64,000 nucleotides of DNA from Candidatus Multivorans sp. (GCA_965205095.1 OZ242040.1:3116176-3180175), one strand, 5' to 3'. Positions 31,042 through 41,002 are shown, counted from the stretch's first letter. The notes: a model not told the origin generated them from the letters alone. Program-made: numbers and translations.

Positions 31042-31872
31042 TCACTGCCCGAAGCGTGGCGCCCGCTTCTCCATGAACGCCCGCACGGCCTCCCTGTGGT
31101 CCGCCGTCCGCACCGAGCGGACCATCCCCTCCGCTTCGGCGGAGAGCGATTCCCGCAAATCGCCCAGCACCGCCCGGTTCACGTTCCGCTTCATGTAGCG
31201 GAGCGCGCTCCTGGGTCCGTTGGCCAGCTCCAGCGCCAGATCGCGCGCCGTGGCGGCCAGATCCTCGAACGGCACGATGCGGTTGACGATCCCGAGCCGC
31301 AGGCACTCCTCGGCCGGGATGCGGCGTGCCGTCATCAACAGTTCCTTCGCCACCGCCGGCCCGACCAGCCGGGTCAGAAACCAGCTCGACCCGTAGTCGC
31401 CCGACAGGCCGATGTTGCGGAAGGCGGTGGTGACGAAGGTGTCGTCGGCCATGATCCGGAGATCGGCGGCGAGCGCGATGGAGAGTCCGGCGCCGGCCGC
31501 CGGCCCGGGCAAGGCGGCGACGATGGGCTTGTCCAGCTCCGCCATTCGGAGGGTCAGTGACTCCTGCTTCTCGATCAGGGCGGCCACGGCTTCGTCGACG
31601 GTCGGCGGCGCTTTCGGCGTCTCACCGCCGTTCCCCCGGTTCGATCCCATGCCCGAGACGTCGCCGCCGGCGCAGAACGCCCGGCCGGCGCCGGTCAACA
31701 GGATGGCGCCGCAGCGTTCGTCCGCCTCGAGCGTGAGCAGGATGCTCCGCAGCGCGGGCGTCAGGATGTCGCCCAGGGCGTTCCGCTTGTCCGGCTTGTT
31801 CAGCGTCACCGTGGCGACGCCGTCCTCGAGGACGCACAGCAGTTCGTTGGTGCCGGTGTCGATCGTGCTCAT
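31042..31872 (-). CDS. Enoyl-CoA hydratase/isomerase (crotonase) family protein
   Basis: Start trimmed to ATG at 31872 (MSTIDTGTNELLCVLEDGVATVTLNKPDKRNAL). GAGRAFCAGGDVSGMG is the oxyanion-hole segment. The upstream 171 codons of the track ORF are R-rich shadow. Confidence 0.85.
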   Translation of the reverse strand: MSTIDTGTNELLCVLEDGVATVTLNKPDKRNALGDILTPALRSILLTLEADERCGAILLTGAGRAFCAGGDVSGMGSNRGNGGETPKAPPTVDEAVAALIEKQESLTLRMAELDKPIVAALPGPAAGAGLSIALAADLRIMADDTFVTTAFRNIGLSGDYGSSWFLTRLVGPAVAKELLMTARRIPAEECLRLGIVNRIVPFEDLAATARDLALELANGPRSALRYMKRNVNRAVLGDLRESLSAEAEGMVRSVRTADHREAVRAFMEKRAPRFGQ

Positions 31873-33083
31873 CACTGCGTCTCCTGGAACGGCCGCTGGT
31901 CGGGTTTGCGGCCCACGATACCGGCGCCAGCGCCGACGCGGCAGGTGTGGATCTTCGGCCGTCTGCCGAAGCGATGCTCGAACGCTGACGCGGTCTGCCG
32001 GCGAACGTGATCGGCGGTCGATTCGCTCGTGATCGCGGTGACGCAGCCGCCGAAGCCGGCGCCGGTCAGGCGGGCGCCGTAGCAGCCTTCGGCGTCGGCG
32101 GCGGCTTCCTGGAGCACGTCGAGTTCCTCGATGCTGACTTCGTAGTCGTTGCGGGAACTGCGGTGGGACTGCGCCATCAGGTCGCCGAGCGCGTGCAGGT
32201 CGCCCTGCCGCAGCGCTTCGGCGCCGTCGCGGACCCGGCGGCACTCGGTGACGACGTGGCGGGCGCGGCCGTCGAGCGGTGATTTCAGCACGTGTTGCAA
32301 CCGGCCAAGGTCGGCCGGTTCCAGGTCGCGGAGGGTGGAGAGTTCCGGCAAGTGGGGCCGCAGCAGATCCGCGGCGCGGAAGCACTCGTTCTTCCGGTCG
32401 TTGAATCCGGTGCCGGAAGCGAGGGCGCGCCGGACTCCCGTATCCGCGACCAGAAAGACGAGATCGTCGGGTGTCGGGATCAGCTCGTGCTCGAGCGACC
32501 GGCAGTCGAGCAGCAGGGCGTGTCCTTCACGGCCGTGGACCGAGGCGAACTGGTCCATGATCCCGGACTGGACGCCGACGTATTCGTTCTCGACCATTCG
32601 GCCGACCTGGGCGCGGTCGATGCCGGAGAGCCGGAAGTCGGCGAGCTGCTCCCAGGCCACGAGGAACGCCATCTCGACCGCCGCCGACGAACTGACGCCG
32701 GCGCCGACCGGCAGGTCGCCTCCGAACGCGGCTTCGATCGCCGGTACGTCGACACCTTGTTCACGAAGCGCCCAGGCCAGTCCCCGCGGATAGTCCGCCC
32801 AGGCGGCGTCGCCTCCGCGTTCGGCGACCGGCGGTTCAGGTCTCGCGGCGTCGAAGGCGGCCTCCTCGCCGAAATCGAGCGCGCCGACTCGGGTCCGGGG
32901 CCCCGGTGCGCGCCGCGCCGCGACCCACACAGCGCGGTCGATCGCGGCCGGCAGCACCCAGCCCTCGCTGTAGTCGACGTGCGCCCCGAGCAGGTTGACG
33001 CGCCCGGGCGCCCGGGCAACGACCTCGGGCTCGGCGCCGAAACGCTTCCGGAACGCGTCGACGACGCGGTCGACTTGCTTCAC
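31872..33083 (-). CDS. galK: Galactokinase-family GHMP kinase
   Basis: GRVNLLGAHVDYSEGWVLPAAID is the galactokinase signature, and PVGAGVSSSAAVEMA is the GHMP ATP motif. Start placed at GTG 33083. The stop overlaps the downstream crotonase ATG (TGATG). Confidence 0.8.
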   Translation of the reverse strand: MKQVDRVVDAFRKRFGAEPEVVARAPGRVNLLGAHVDYSEGWVLPAAIDRAVWVAARRAPGPRTRVGALDFGEEAAFDAARPEPPVAERGGDAAWADYPRGLAWALREQGVDVPAIEAAFGGDLPVGAGVSSSAAVEMAFLVAWEQLADFRLSGIDRAQVGRMVENEYVGVQSGIMDQFASVHGREGHALLLDCRSLEHELIPTPDDLVFLVADTGVRRALASGTGFNDRKNECFRAADLLRPHLPELSTLRDLEPADLGRLQHVLKSPLDGRARHVVTECRRVRDGAEALRQGDLHALGDLMAQSHRSSRNDYEVSIEELDVLQEAAADAEGCYGARLTGAGFGGCVTAITSESTADHVRRQTASAFEHRFGRRPKIHTCRVGAGAGIVGRKPDQRPFQETQ

Positions 33084-33115
33084 GCCGGCCGGATGTCGGT
33101 CAAGGTGGGCCGGGG

Positions 33116-33565
33116 CTACGCCAGGAGGTGGTACATGTCGGTACGCCGCTTGGCCGGGTCGTCGTGCCAGTCGCCGTAGAGCTCCCAGCACGGACCCGCG
33201 AGGACGAGGTCCTGCTCGGCGCACCATTGGTGGATCGCCCGGTGAACGCCCGGGATTCCGGCGTAGTCGCCGTAGAAGGTGGCGTGAGCGCACCGGCCTG
33301 CCGGCGTGGCCGAGCGGACGAAGCCGTCCGCGGCCTCGGTGGCGGCGGGCACCTGCAGTCCTACGTCGACTTGCATCCGGCCGCCGTTGACGTCGCGGTA
33401 GAACCAGACGTTCTGACCGGCGCCATCGATGCCGTGTTCCCGTACGAAGGCCCCGACCTGGTCCATCAAGGGCAGGAGCTTGCCGGGCACTTCCGCGAAG
33501 GTGACGGAGGTGCGGGCGGCCAGCAGGGGTTGTTCTTCGACGGTGACGATCGAGATTTCGGTCAC
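33116..33565 (-). CDS. GyrI-like small-molecule-binding domain protein
   Basis: 149 aa: MTEISIVTVEEQPLLAARTSVTFAEVPGKL...FYGDYAGIPGVHRAIHQWCAEQ..GPCWELYGD, the pattern of GyrI-like/AraC effector-binding domains. The GTG start overlaps the VapC stop (GTGA). Confidence 0.6.
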   Translation of the reverse strand: MTEISIVTVEEQPLLAARTSVTFAEVPGKLLPLMDQVGAFVREHGIDGAGQNVWFYRDVNGGRMQVDVGLQVPAATEAADGFVRSATPAGRCAHATFYGDYAGIPGVHRAIHQWCAEQDLVLAGPCWELYGDWHDDPAKRRTDMYHLLA

Positions 33566-33996
33566 TGTATGTTCTCCACGACGGACCAGGGATTGATGAC
33601 TTCGACTCCGGTTCCTTCAAAGTCCCGCACGTTCCTGGTTACAAGGGCAGCGTTGCGACAGCGGGCGATCGCCGCGATCTGGCAGTCCGACTGCGATACG
33701 GGCCGACCCAGCCTTCGTCGCCGAGCCGCGATCTCGGCGTAGGCACTCGCGGCAGCGCTGTCGAACGGAAGGACTCGGTCACGGAGATCCTTGCGGAGCA
33801 TTCCATCGATCTCGGTGGCCAGTGCTTCGCGACGGGCGCCTTCCGGCAGGATCTCCAGGCCGTACAGAAGTTCGGCTTCGCCAACGGCGGTGAAGAACAG
33901 GCGCGTCGCAGGATGTTGCCCTAGCCAGGCGGCGACGGACGGTTCGGGCTCCGGGCGCATCAGTTCGGAGACCACGTTCGTGTCGAGAACGAACAC
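33562..33996 (-). CDS. vapC: Type II toxin VapC (PIN-domain ribonuclease, FitB-like)
   Basis: MFVLDTNVVSEL...DCQIAAIARCRNAALVTRNVRDF carries the PIN acidic residues in their usual context. Confidence 0.9.
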   Translation of the reverse strand: MFVLDTNVVSELMRPEPEPSVAAWLGQHPATRLFFTAVGEAELLYGLEILPEGARREALATEIDGMLRKDLRDRVLPFDSAAASAYAEIAARRRRLGRPVSQSDCQIAAIARCRNAALVTRNVRDFEGTGVEVINPWSVVENIQ

Positions 33997-34005
33997 GGCC
34001 GTCGC

Positions 34006-34248
34006 TCAGTCGAACTTGGGAGGTTCACGCATGGGATCGCGTGGCGGAAGTTCAAGCTCCACGCCGCCGAGGGGTGCGAAACGGGCGCGGATGGCCTCGG
34101 CGAGGTTCTCTTCGCCGGTTTCCGGCTCCACGGCCTCGCGCAGGATGATCCGCGCCTCCTCTTCCATCGACCGCCCGTTGCCGGCCGCGCGGACGCGGAG
34201 CCGCTTCTTGACTCCCTCGTCGAGGTTCCTGACAGTGATGCTTGCCAC
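34006..34248 (-). CDS. vapB: Type II antitoxin VapB (FitA/Arc-type)
   Basis: GTG at 34248 with GGAGG about 10 nt upstream. VASITVRNLDEGVKKRLRVRAAGNGRSMEEEARIILREAV. Ends 9 nt before vapC. Confidence 0.85.
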   Translation of the reverse strand: MASITVRNLDEGVKKRLRVRAAGNGRSMEEEARIILREAVEPETGEENLAEAIRARFAPLGGVELELPPRDPMREPPKFD

Positions 34249-34294
34249 GCGGCGACGCCTCCGATTCGGAGAGTACATGGTGATTGCATTGCAA

Positions 34295-36250
34295 TCAAGG
34301 GCTGTCGAGGGTGGTCGCTGCCCGCAGCAGGAGGTCCTGCGACTCGCGCAGGCCGCCCTCGCGGCTGGTGGCGAGCCAGACATCGGGGAGGTCGCTGGCG
34401 ATGCGCCGGAGGTCTGCGCCGAGAGTAGTCCGGATCTTCGGTGCGAGCTGGTCGGCCCGCAGGCCGCGGCCGGCTGCGAGTCGGGCGATGCCCAACTGGC
34501 AGCACCACATCATCATGCGGCAGGTCCAGTGGAGCGCGGTTTGGCTCGGGGCGTTCTCGGCCTGGTTCAACCCGTACCTCATGGCGCCCAGCCGGGCGTA
34601 CGTCTGCTGCAGCGCGGCGATGCTGAGCCGGCCGAAGCGCCGGTGGGTCAGGTCGTCGTCGATGAACCGGAGGAGGTAGAAGAGAGCCGTGCCGTTCAAT
34701 ACCGGGCCGCCGCAGTCGAGATCGATGGCGCCGAGGTCGACGACGGTGCGCGCCAGCGTCTCGTCCCCGTCGTAGACCAGGTCAACGGCGTGGTCGAGCC
34801 AGGCCTCCTCGTTCCGCTCCGGGCCGCTTGCCGCTTCCCGCGCCGCCTTGGCGGACCAGGCGAAGCCGGCGCCGATCGACAGCGGCAGTTCGGCGATCGC
34901 GGGTGGCTGCAGGTGGCCGTGGTCGCCCCAGTCCGTGATGAGAAGACCCTGAGCGCTGGCCTCGGAACCAGCTATCGCGGCAAGGGCCAGGTTGCCGACG
35001 GCGTTCTGCAGCCGTCCGCCGAAGCTGTGCCAACTGCTGGTCCCTGGGCACACCCAGAACTCCCGGCCTGAAGCTGCGAGCCGAGCGCACTGGTCTTCGA
35101 AGGGGTGATCGGCCTCGTAGCCCCAGCACAGCGCGACCGCGTCCTCCGGGACCTGGTCGACGAGTTCCGGATAGCGCAGGATGATGTCGCCCCAGAACAG
35201 CATCTGGCGGCCGCGGTCGGTGACCATGCGGTGCACCCGGCGCAGGAAGTCCAGGTACACGGCCGGCTTGCCGCGCTCCTCGCACGCCTCGGCGGAGCGT
35301 CCCCGACCGAGATCGAACGTCTCGTCGAGGCCGACGTTGAACCGGCGGCTACCGAACTGGGGCAGCAGTTCGTCGTAGAGGCCCGCGAGCAGTTCCGGCA
35401 CCCGTGGATCGGTCGCGCAGAGGCTGAACGGCTCGGGATCGATGGAGAAGGGATGCTGGAAGCCCTCGGGCACCTCGGCCAGTGGGCGGTAGCGATCGTG
35501 GACCAGCCAGCGGTGAAAGTGGCCGAAGCTGTTCTGGTTCGGCGCCAGTTCGATGAACCGCTCCCGGCAACTGGCATCGAGCCTACGGATCTCCTCGGCG
35601 GTGAACGGAGAAGCGTCGCGCCAGACGTCCTCGTGGTCAGCGTAGGCGTAGGTGTGTTCGACGTAGAGCTGGAGGTGGTTGATTTTCCACTCGGCGAGCC
35701 GGTCCACGAGCCGCTCGAGGTACGCCATCCGCGGCACCCGGTTCCGGCTGACGTCCAGCATTGCGCCGCGGACGGGGAAGTCCGGCCGGTCTTCGATCTC
35801 GACGGCTGGCACTTCGAAGCCTGCGGCCGCCGGCCGGCCGCGCGCGGCGAGCCACTGCTTCAGGGTGGAGGCCGCCCGGAACACTCCGGTCGGCGTCGCG
35901 GCGTCGACCCGGATGCCGCTACGGTCGACGCGCAGGCGATAGCTCTCGTCGGCTGGGACCTGGACCGGCGCGTCTCGGCCGGACCCGGTTGAGTCGACCC
36001 GGACCCTGCAGGCAGTGGCGGTCGCCGCCCCGGCGTCGTCGCCTGTGAACTCGGGCGCTGCCAGGTCGAGGGCGAAGTCCGCGAGTGCCCGGTGCAGGCC
36101 GGCGACCGCGAACTCCAGTTCCCCAGAGACCTCCGCCTGTTCCGCCCCCGCCGCGGTCAGGTGGAGCGCGACGGGTGCGCCCGGCGGCAGGACCAGCGGT
36201 TCGGCGGCGTCAAGGACCTCGACCCGCCACGGCGGCGGCCAGAGACTCAC
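34295..36250 (-). CDS. Glycoside hydrolase family 20-like protein (beta-N-acetylhexosaminidase-like)
   Basis: Start trimmed to GTG at 36250. IEDRPDFPVRGAMLDVSRNRVP...KINHLQLYVEH...FNVGLDETFDLG resembles the GH20 catalytic-domain motifs. Confidence 0.65.
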   Translation of the reverse strand: MSLWPPPWRVEVLDAAEPLVLPPGAPVALHLTAAGAEQAEVSGELEFAVAGLHRALADFALDLAAPEFTGDDAGAATATACRVRVDSTGSGRDAPVQVPADESYRLRVDRSGIRVDAATPTGVFRAASTLKQWLAARGRPAAAGFEVPAVEIEDRPDFPVRGAMLDVSRNRVPRMAYLERLVDRLAEWKINHLQLYVEHTYAYADHEDVWRDASPFTAEEIRRLDASCRERFIELAPNQNSFGHFHRWLVHDRYRPLAEVPEGFQHPFSIDPEPFSLCATDPRVPELLAGLYDELLPQFGSRRFNVGLDETFDLGRGRSAEACEERGKPAVYLDFLRRVHRMVTDRGRQMLFWGDIILRYPELVDQVPEDAVALCWGYEADHPFEDQCARLAASGREFWVCPGTSSWHSFGGRLQNAVGNLALAAIAGSEASAQGLLITDWGDHGHLQPPAIAELPLSIGAGFAWSAKAAREAASGPERNEEAWLDHAVDLVYDGDETLARTVVDLGAIDLDCGGPVLNGTALFYLLRFIDDDLTHRRFGRLSIAALQQTYARLGAMRYGLNQAENAPSQTALHWTCRMMMWCCQLGIARLAAGRGLRADQLAPKIRTTLGADLRRIASDLPDVWLATSREGGLRESQDLLLRAATTLDSP

Positions 36251-36261
36251 GGGTCCGCGGC

Positions 36262-36909
36262 TCAGGCTCCCCGCAGCCGGATGTCGACGCCGGTCGGGCT
36301 GGTGTGGCGTCCGCCGCCGGCGTTGGCCGTGGTCCAGGCGAGATGGTCGATCGCACGCCCCGCCGTCGGTTCCAGGTCGTCGTCGGTCTGCCGGAACAGT
36401 ACGCGCATCGTGCCGTAGTTGACGGCCAGCAGGACGTCCTTGAAGGTCTCGGCCGGACCGGGGACGTGCTCCAGCAGCCAGGCGCGATCCTCCTCGCAGT
36501 CGGGGCCGAGGATGTGGACGTGGTGGAAACCGGGGTGATCGGCGTCCTCGAGGAGCTCGATCTTCGCTCCCCAGGGATCCGTCACGAAGGAGATGTAGAG
36601 CTTGGCCGGACCGAAGTGCCGCGGTTCCCAGAACTCGGTGGCGCCGTCGCCGAGCATGGCGGCATGGACACGGTCGAGGTTCTCCACCGACCAGCCGGAG
36701 TGGTCGAGCCCGGTGCCGATGCTGGGACCGGGGCTCCCGGCATGCCGCCAATGGAGATCCGCGGTGCCCTCGCCGGCCCGGAACCTGGCGGCGGCGCCGG
36801 CGATGCCCTCCAGGACTTCGCCGCCGAAGTGCCGCGCGTACCAGTCGGCGGCGGCAGCCGGGTCGGAGGCGTTCAGCGCCAGGCGGTTGAATCGGCAGGT
36901 GTCGGTCAT
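36262..36909 (-). CDS. VOC (glyoxalase/bleomycin-resistance/dioxygenase) family protein
   Basis: ATG at 36909 with GAGGAG upstream. Two-repeat beta-alpha-beta3-like layout: MTDTCRFNRLALNASDPAAAADWYARHFG...GLDHSGWSVEN...FHHVHILGPD. Confidence 0.5.
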   Translation of the reverse strand: MTDTCRFNRLALNASDPAAAADWYARHFGGEVLEGIAGAAARFRAGEGTADLHWRHAGSPGPSIGTGLDHSGWSVENLDRVHAAMLGDGATEFWEPRHFGPAKLYISFVTDPWGAKIELLEDADHPGFHHVHILGPDCEEDRAWLLEHVPGPAETFKDVLLAVNYGTMRVLFRQTDDDLEPTAGRAIDHLAWTTANAGGGRHTSPTGVDIRLRGA

Positions 36910-37045
36910 CTCGGAGGCTCCTCGGGCGCGGTGTGGGCTTGAACTGAGGGCGGTGATTGTGTCACCGATCGGCCGTGCCGCGCGGGTCTCGTCCGATCGG
37001 GCGTAAGCTGTGTCCCGTGAGAGGGATGCGGGGCGGCAGTCCGCC

Positions 37046-39247
37046 ATGACGACGCCGGCCGGGGACCGCGAGGCGCTATCGGGCGTCGTCGAGCGGGTCG
37101 TCTTCCACAATCCGGACAACGGATTCGCGGTGCTCCGCATACGTGTGCGGGGGAGCTTCCAGTTGACGACCGTGGTGGGACGGCTGCCACTGGTCTCCCA
37201 GGGGGAGACGATCCAGGCTTCCGGCTCGTGGAAGAACGACCCCAACCACGGGGTCCAGTTCCAGGCCGAGCGGCTTGCCGTGTCGCCGCCCGATTCGCTC
37301 GACGGCATCCGTCGCTATCTCGGTTCGGGCAAGGTGCATGGCGTCGGCCCCAAGATGGCGAAGCGCCTCGTCAAGGCGTTCGGCGAGGACGTGTTCGACG
37401 TCATCGAGAACGAGCCCGAGCGCCTGGTGGACGTTCCCGGCATCGGTCCCAAGCGGGCGAAGAGCCTGAGCGAGGGCTTCAGGGACCAGAAGGCGGTGCG
37501 GGACATCATGGTCTTCCTGCAGACGCACGGTCTCGGCTCGGCGCGGGCGGCCCGGATCTACAAGGCCTACGGCGCCGACGCGGCGACGTTGCTCACGGAG
37601 GATCCGTACCGGTTGGCGCGGGACATCCGCGGCATCGGCTTCAGGATCGCGGACGGCATCGGCGCCAGTCTTGGCAAGGACCGCGAGGGTCTGCCGCGGG
37701 CGCGGGCCGGTCTCGGCTACACGCTGGAGCAGGCGCGAGGCACCGGACACTGCGGGCTTCCCCGGAACGAGCTCCTCGAGCAGGCGCAGGAACTGCTGAA
37801 GATCCCGGAGGAGATCCTGACCACCGCACTCTCGGACGAACTGAACGCAGGGCGGCTGGCTGTCACGCGTCTGAACGGCGAGGAGGCCGTCTTCCTGCCG
37901 CCGCTGCTGTCGGCCGAGCGCGCCATCGCGCGCCGGCTGGGGGAGCTGATTCGGGCAGACCCGCCGTCCTGGGCGGGTATCGATGCCGCCAAAGCGCTGG
38001 CGTGGGTGGAGCAGCGCCTCGACGTGACGCTCGCGCCGACTCAGCGAGCCGCGGTGGAGACGAGCCTCCGTTCGCGCGTCGCCGTGATTACCGGCGGCCC
38101 GGGGGTCGGCAAGACGACTCTGGTCAACGCTCTGCTCCGGATCCTGAAGGCCCGCAATGTGCGCTGCGCGCTCTGCGCGCCTACGGGTCGGGCGGCCAAG
38201 CGGCTCGGCGAGAGCACCGGCGAGACGGCGAAGACGATTCACCGGCTGCTCGAGATCGACCCGTCGAGCGGCGCCTTCCGCCGCGGTCGCCTGCGGCCGC
38301 TCGACTGCGGTCTGCTGGTCGTCGACGAGTCCTCCATGGTCGACGTCGAGCTGATGGCGGCGCTGCTCCAGGCGCTGCCGGCCGAGGGGTCGCTCTTGCT
38401 CATCGGCGACGCGGACCAGTTGCCCTCGGTCGGCCCGGGCCAGGTCCTGCGGGACCTGATCGACTCGGGGGCGATTCCCGTGGCGCGTCTCCGGGAGATC
38501 TTTCGCCAGGCGGACAACAGCCGGATCGTGCGCAACGCGCACCGGGTGAACCAGGGTTACCTGCCGGAACTGGAGACCGCGCGGGGCGAGCTGAGCGACT
38601 TCTATTTCGTCCCGGCCGAGGACGCCGAGGACGGCCAGCGGAAGGTGGTCGAGATCGTCGCCGGGCGGATCGGCCGCCGTTTCGGTCTCGATCCCATCCG
38701 CGACGTCCAGGTCCTGTCGCCGATGAACCGCGGACCGCTCGGCGTGCGCACCCTGAACGTGACCCTGCAGGCGGTCCTGAACCCGGCGCCGGAGTCAGGC
38801 GCGGTCGAGGTGGAGCGCTTCGGCTGGAAGTACCGCGCCGGCGACAAGGTGATGCAGACCGAGAACGACTACGACAAGGACGTGTTCAACGGCGATCTCG
38901 GCCGCATCGTGTCGATCGATCCGGGCGCCGAGCAGATGACGATCGCCTTCGACGGCCGCCCCGTCGAGTACCGCTTCAGCGACCTGGACCGGCTCATGCT
39001 GGCCTACGCCGTCACCGTCCACAAATCCCAGGGCTCCGAGTACCCGGCGGTGGTCGTGCCGGTAACGACGCACCACTACGTCATGCTGCGCCGCAACCTG
39101 CTCTACACGGCGATCACCCGCGGCCGGAAGCTCGTCGTGATCGTCGGCCAGAAGTGGGCGCTCGAGAAGGCCGTGGAGGAAGCGTCCGACCTGCGCCGCT
39201 ACTCGACGCTGCGCGAGCAACTGGCGGCGCTGGCGTCCGGGAGCTAG
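37046..39247 (+). CDS. recD2: RecD2-type SF1B ATP-dependent DNA helicase
   Basis: N-terminal VVERVVFHNPDNGFAVLRIRV, HhH VPGIGPKRAKSL, Walker A ITGGPGVGKTTLV. Also LLVVDESSMVD, LIGDADQLPSVGPG, and AVTVHKSQGSEYPAVVV. An alternative GTG start lies at 37010. Confidence 0.9.
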   Translation: MTTPAGDREALSGVVERVVFHNPDNGFAVLRIRVRGSFQLTTVVGRLPLVSQGETIQASGSWKNDPNHGVQFQAERLAVSPPDSLDGIRRYLGSGKVHGVGPKMAKRLVKAFGEDVFDVIENEPERLVDVPGIGPKRAKSLSEGFRDQKAVRDIMVFLQTHGLGSARAARIYKAYGADAATLLTEDPYRLARDIRGIGFRIADGIGASLGKDREGLPRARAGLGYTLEQARGTGHCGLPRNELLEQAQELLKIPEEILTTALSDELNAGRLAVTRLNGEEAVFLPPLLSAERAIARRLGELIRADPPSWAGIDAAKALAWVEQRLDVTLAPTQRAAVETSLRSRVAVITGGPGVGKTTLVNALLRILKARNVRCALCAPTGRAAKRLGESTGETAKTIHRLLEIDPSSGAFRRGRLRPLDCGLLVVDESSMVDVELMAALLQALPAEGSLLLIGDADQLPSVGPGQVLRDLIDSGAIPVARLREIFRQADNSRIVRNAHRVNQGYLPELETARGELSDFYFVPAEDAEDGQRKVVEIVAGRIGRRFGLDPIRDVQVLSPMNRGPLGVRTLNVTLQAVLNPAPESGAVEVERFGWKYRAGDKVMQTENDYDKDVFNGDLGRIVSIDPGAEQMTIAFDGRPVEYRFSDLDRLMLAYAVTVHKSQGSEYPAVVVPVTTHHYVMLRRNLLYTAITRGRKLVVIVGQKWALEKAVEEASDLRRYSTLREQLAALASGS

Positions 39248-40941
39248 CCGTCCGCCGCCCGCTCGCGGGGCAGCCGGATCTCGCTGACCAGTTGCTGCAC
39301 TTCTTCCGGCGGCGGCTTCGTGAACCGGCTGACGATGAGGGCCAGGGAGAAGTTGATCAGCATGCCGACGGCGCCGATGCCCTCGGGGCTGATGCCGAAC
39401 AGCCAGTCCTCGGCGGTCGCTTCCGGACGGATCAGGCGGAAGTAGACGATGTAGGCGCCGGTGAACAGGATGCCGCTGCTCATGCCGGCGATCGCCCCTT
39501 CCTTCGTCGTGCTGCGGGTGAAGATGCCGAGCACCAGGACGGGGAAGAAGCTGGACGCGGCGAGGCCGAAGGCGAACGCGACCACCTGGGCGACGAAGCC
39601 GGGCGGGGAGATGCCGAAATAGGCGGCCACGATCACCGCGACGGAAGCGGTGCCGCGCGCCAGCAGGAGTTCCCTACGTGAACTCATGTCCTTCCACAGG
39701 ATCGACTTGCCGATGTCGTGGGATATCGCCGATGCGATGACGAGCAGCAGACCGGCCGCGGTCGACAGCGCCGCCGCGAGTCCGCCGGCGGCGACCAGGG
39801 CGACCACCCAGGCCGGCAGTTCGGCGATCTCCGGGTTGGCGAGGACCATGATGTCCTGGTCGACGGTCAGTTCGCCCACGCCGTCGGTCATGTCGATCAC
39901 GCCGTCGCCGTCCTGGTCGTCGAACGAGATCAGGCCGGTGGTTTCCCAGCTCCTGAACCACTCCGGCACTTCGCTGTAGCTCGTGTTGTGCAGCGTCGAG
40001 ATCAGGTTGACGCGGGCGAAGGCGGCGACCGCCGGCGCGGTGGTGTAGAGCAGGCCGATGAAAACGAGCGCCCAGAGAGCGCTCCAGCGGGCGGCGCGAG
40101 CGCTGCGTACCGTGTAGAAGCGGACCAGCACGTGGGGGAGTCCGGCCGTGCCGACCATCAGCGCCAGCGTGATCGCGGTGACGTCGATCATGCTCTTCTT
40201 GCCGGGCACGAAGGCGGCTGTGTACTCCGGCAGCCGCAGTTCCCGGTGCAGCGCGTCCAGCGCCTCGAGCAGGAAGACGCCGGCCTGCTGGCCTTCCTGG
40301 ACCGTGCCGCCGAAGCCGAGCTGCGGAATCGGATTCCCGGTGATCTTCCAGGAGATGGCCGCGGCCGGGATCAGAAAGGCGACGATCAGCACGCAGTACT
40401 GGGCGACCTGGGTGTAGGTGATCCCCCTCATGCCGCCGAGGACGGCGTAGAAGAAGACGATGACGACGCCGATGATCACGCCCCAGTGGACCTCGACCTC
40501 CAGGAACCGGGAGAAGACGACCCCGACGCCGCGCATCTGGCCGGCGATGTAGGTGAAGGAGACGAAGATCGTGCAGGCCGCCGCCACCAGCCGGGCGGCG
40601 TCCGAGTAGTAGCGGTCGCCGACGAACTCGGAGGTCGTGAACTTGCCGTACTTGCGGAGGTACGGGGCGAGCAGGAGCGCCAGCAGGACGTAGCCGCCGG
40701 TCCAGCCCATCAGGTAGATGGTGCCGGTGTAGCCCATGAAGGAGATGAGGCCGGCCATCGAGATGAAGGAGGCGGCGCTCATCCAGTCGGCGCCGGTCGC
40801 CATGCCGTTGGCCACTGCCGGTACGCCTCGGCCAGCGACGTAGAAACCCGAAGTCGTCCTGACGCGGCTCCACCAGGCGATGCCCACGTAGAGCGCGAAG
40901 GTCGCGGTGACGATCAGGTAGGTCCAGGCCTGAACGTTCAT
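39244..40941 (-). CDS. Sodium:solute symporter family transporter (ActP/cation-acetate symporter-like)
   Basis: 565 aa. GFYVAGRGVPAVANGMATGADWMSAASFISMAGL matches the SSF N-terminal signature. Paired with an upstream DUF4212-type small subunit. Confidence 0.85.
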   Translation of the reverse strand: MNVQAWTYLIVTATFALYVGIAWWSRVRTTSGFYVAGRGVPAVANGMATGADWMSAASFISMAGLISFMGYTGTIYLMGWTGGYVLLALLLAPYLRKYGKFTTSEFVGDRYYSDAARLVAAACTIFVSFTYIAGQMRGVGVVFSRFLEVEVHWGVIIGVVIVFFYAVLGGMRGITYTQVAQYCVLIVAFLIPAAAISWKITGNPIPQLGFGGTVQEGQQAGVFLLEALDALHRELRLPEYTAAFVPGKKSMIDVTAITLALMVGTAGLPHVLVRFYTVRSARAARWSALWALVFIGLLYTTAPAVAAFARVNLISTLHNTSYSEVPEWFRSWETTGLISFDDQDGDGVIDMTDGVGELTVDQDIMVLANPEIAELPAWVVALVAAGGLAAALSTAAGLLLVIASAISHDIGKSILWKDMSSRRELLLARGTASVAVIVAAYFGISPPGFVAQVVAFAFGLAASSFFPVLVLGIFTRSTTKEGAIAGMSSGILFTGAYIVYFRLIRPEATAEDWLFGISPEGIGAVGMLINFSLALIVSRFTKPPPEEVQQLVSEIRLPRERAADG

Positions 40942-41002
40942 CGCCTATAGGCCCTCCGTCGTCATTCCCGTGCGATTGGTGCGGCGTCGGCGGGTCGATC
41001 GC

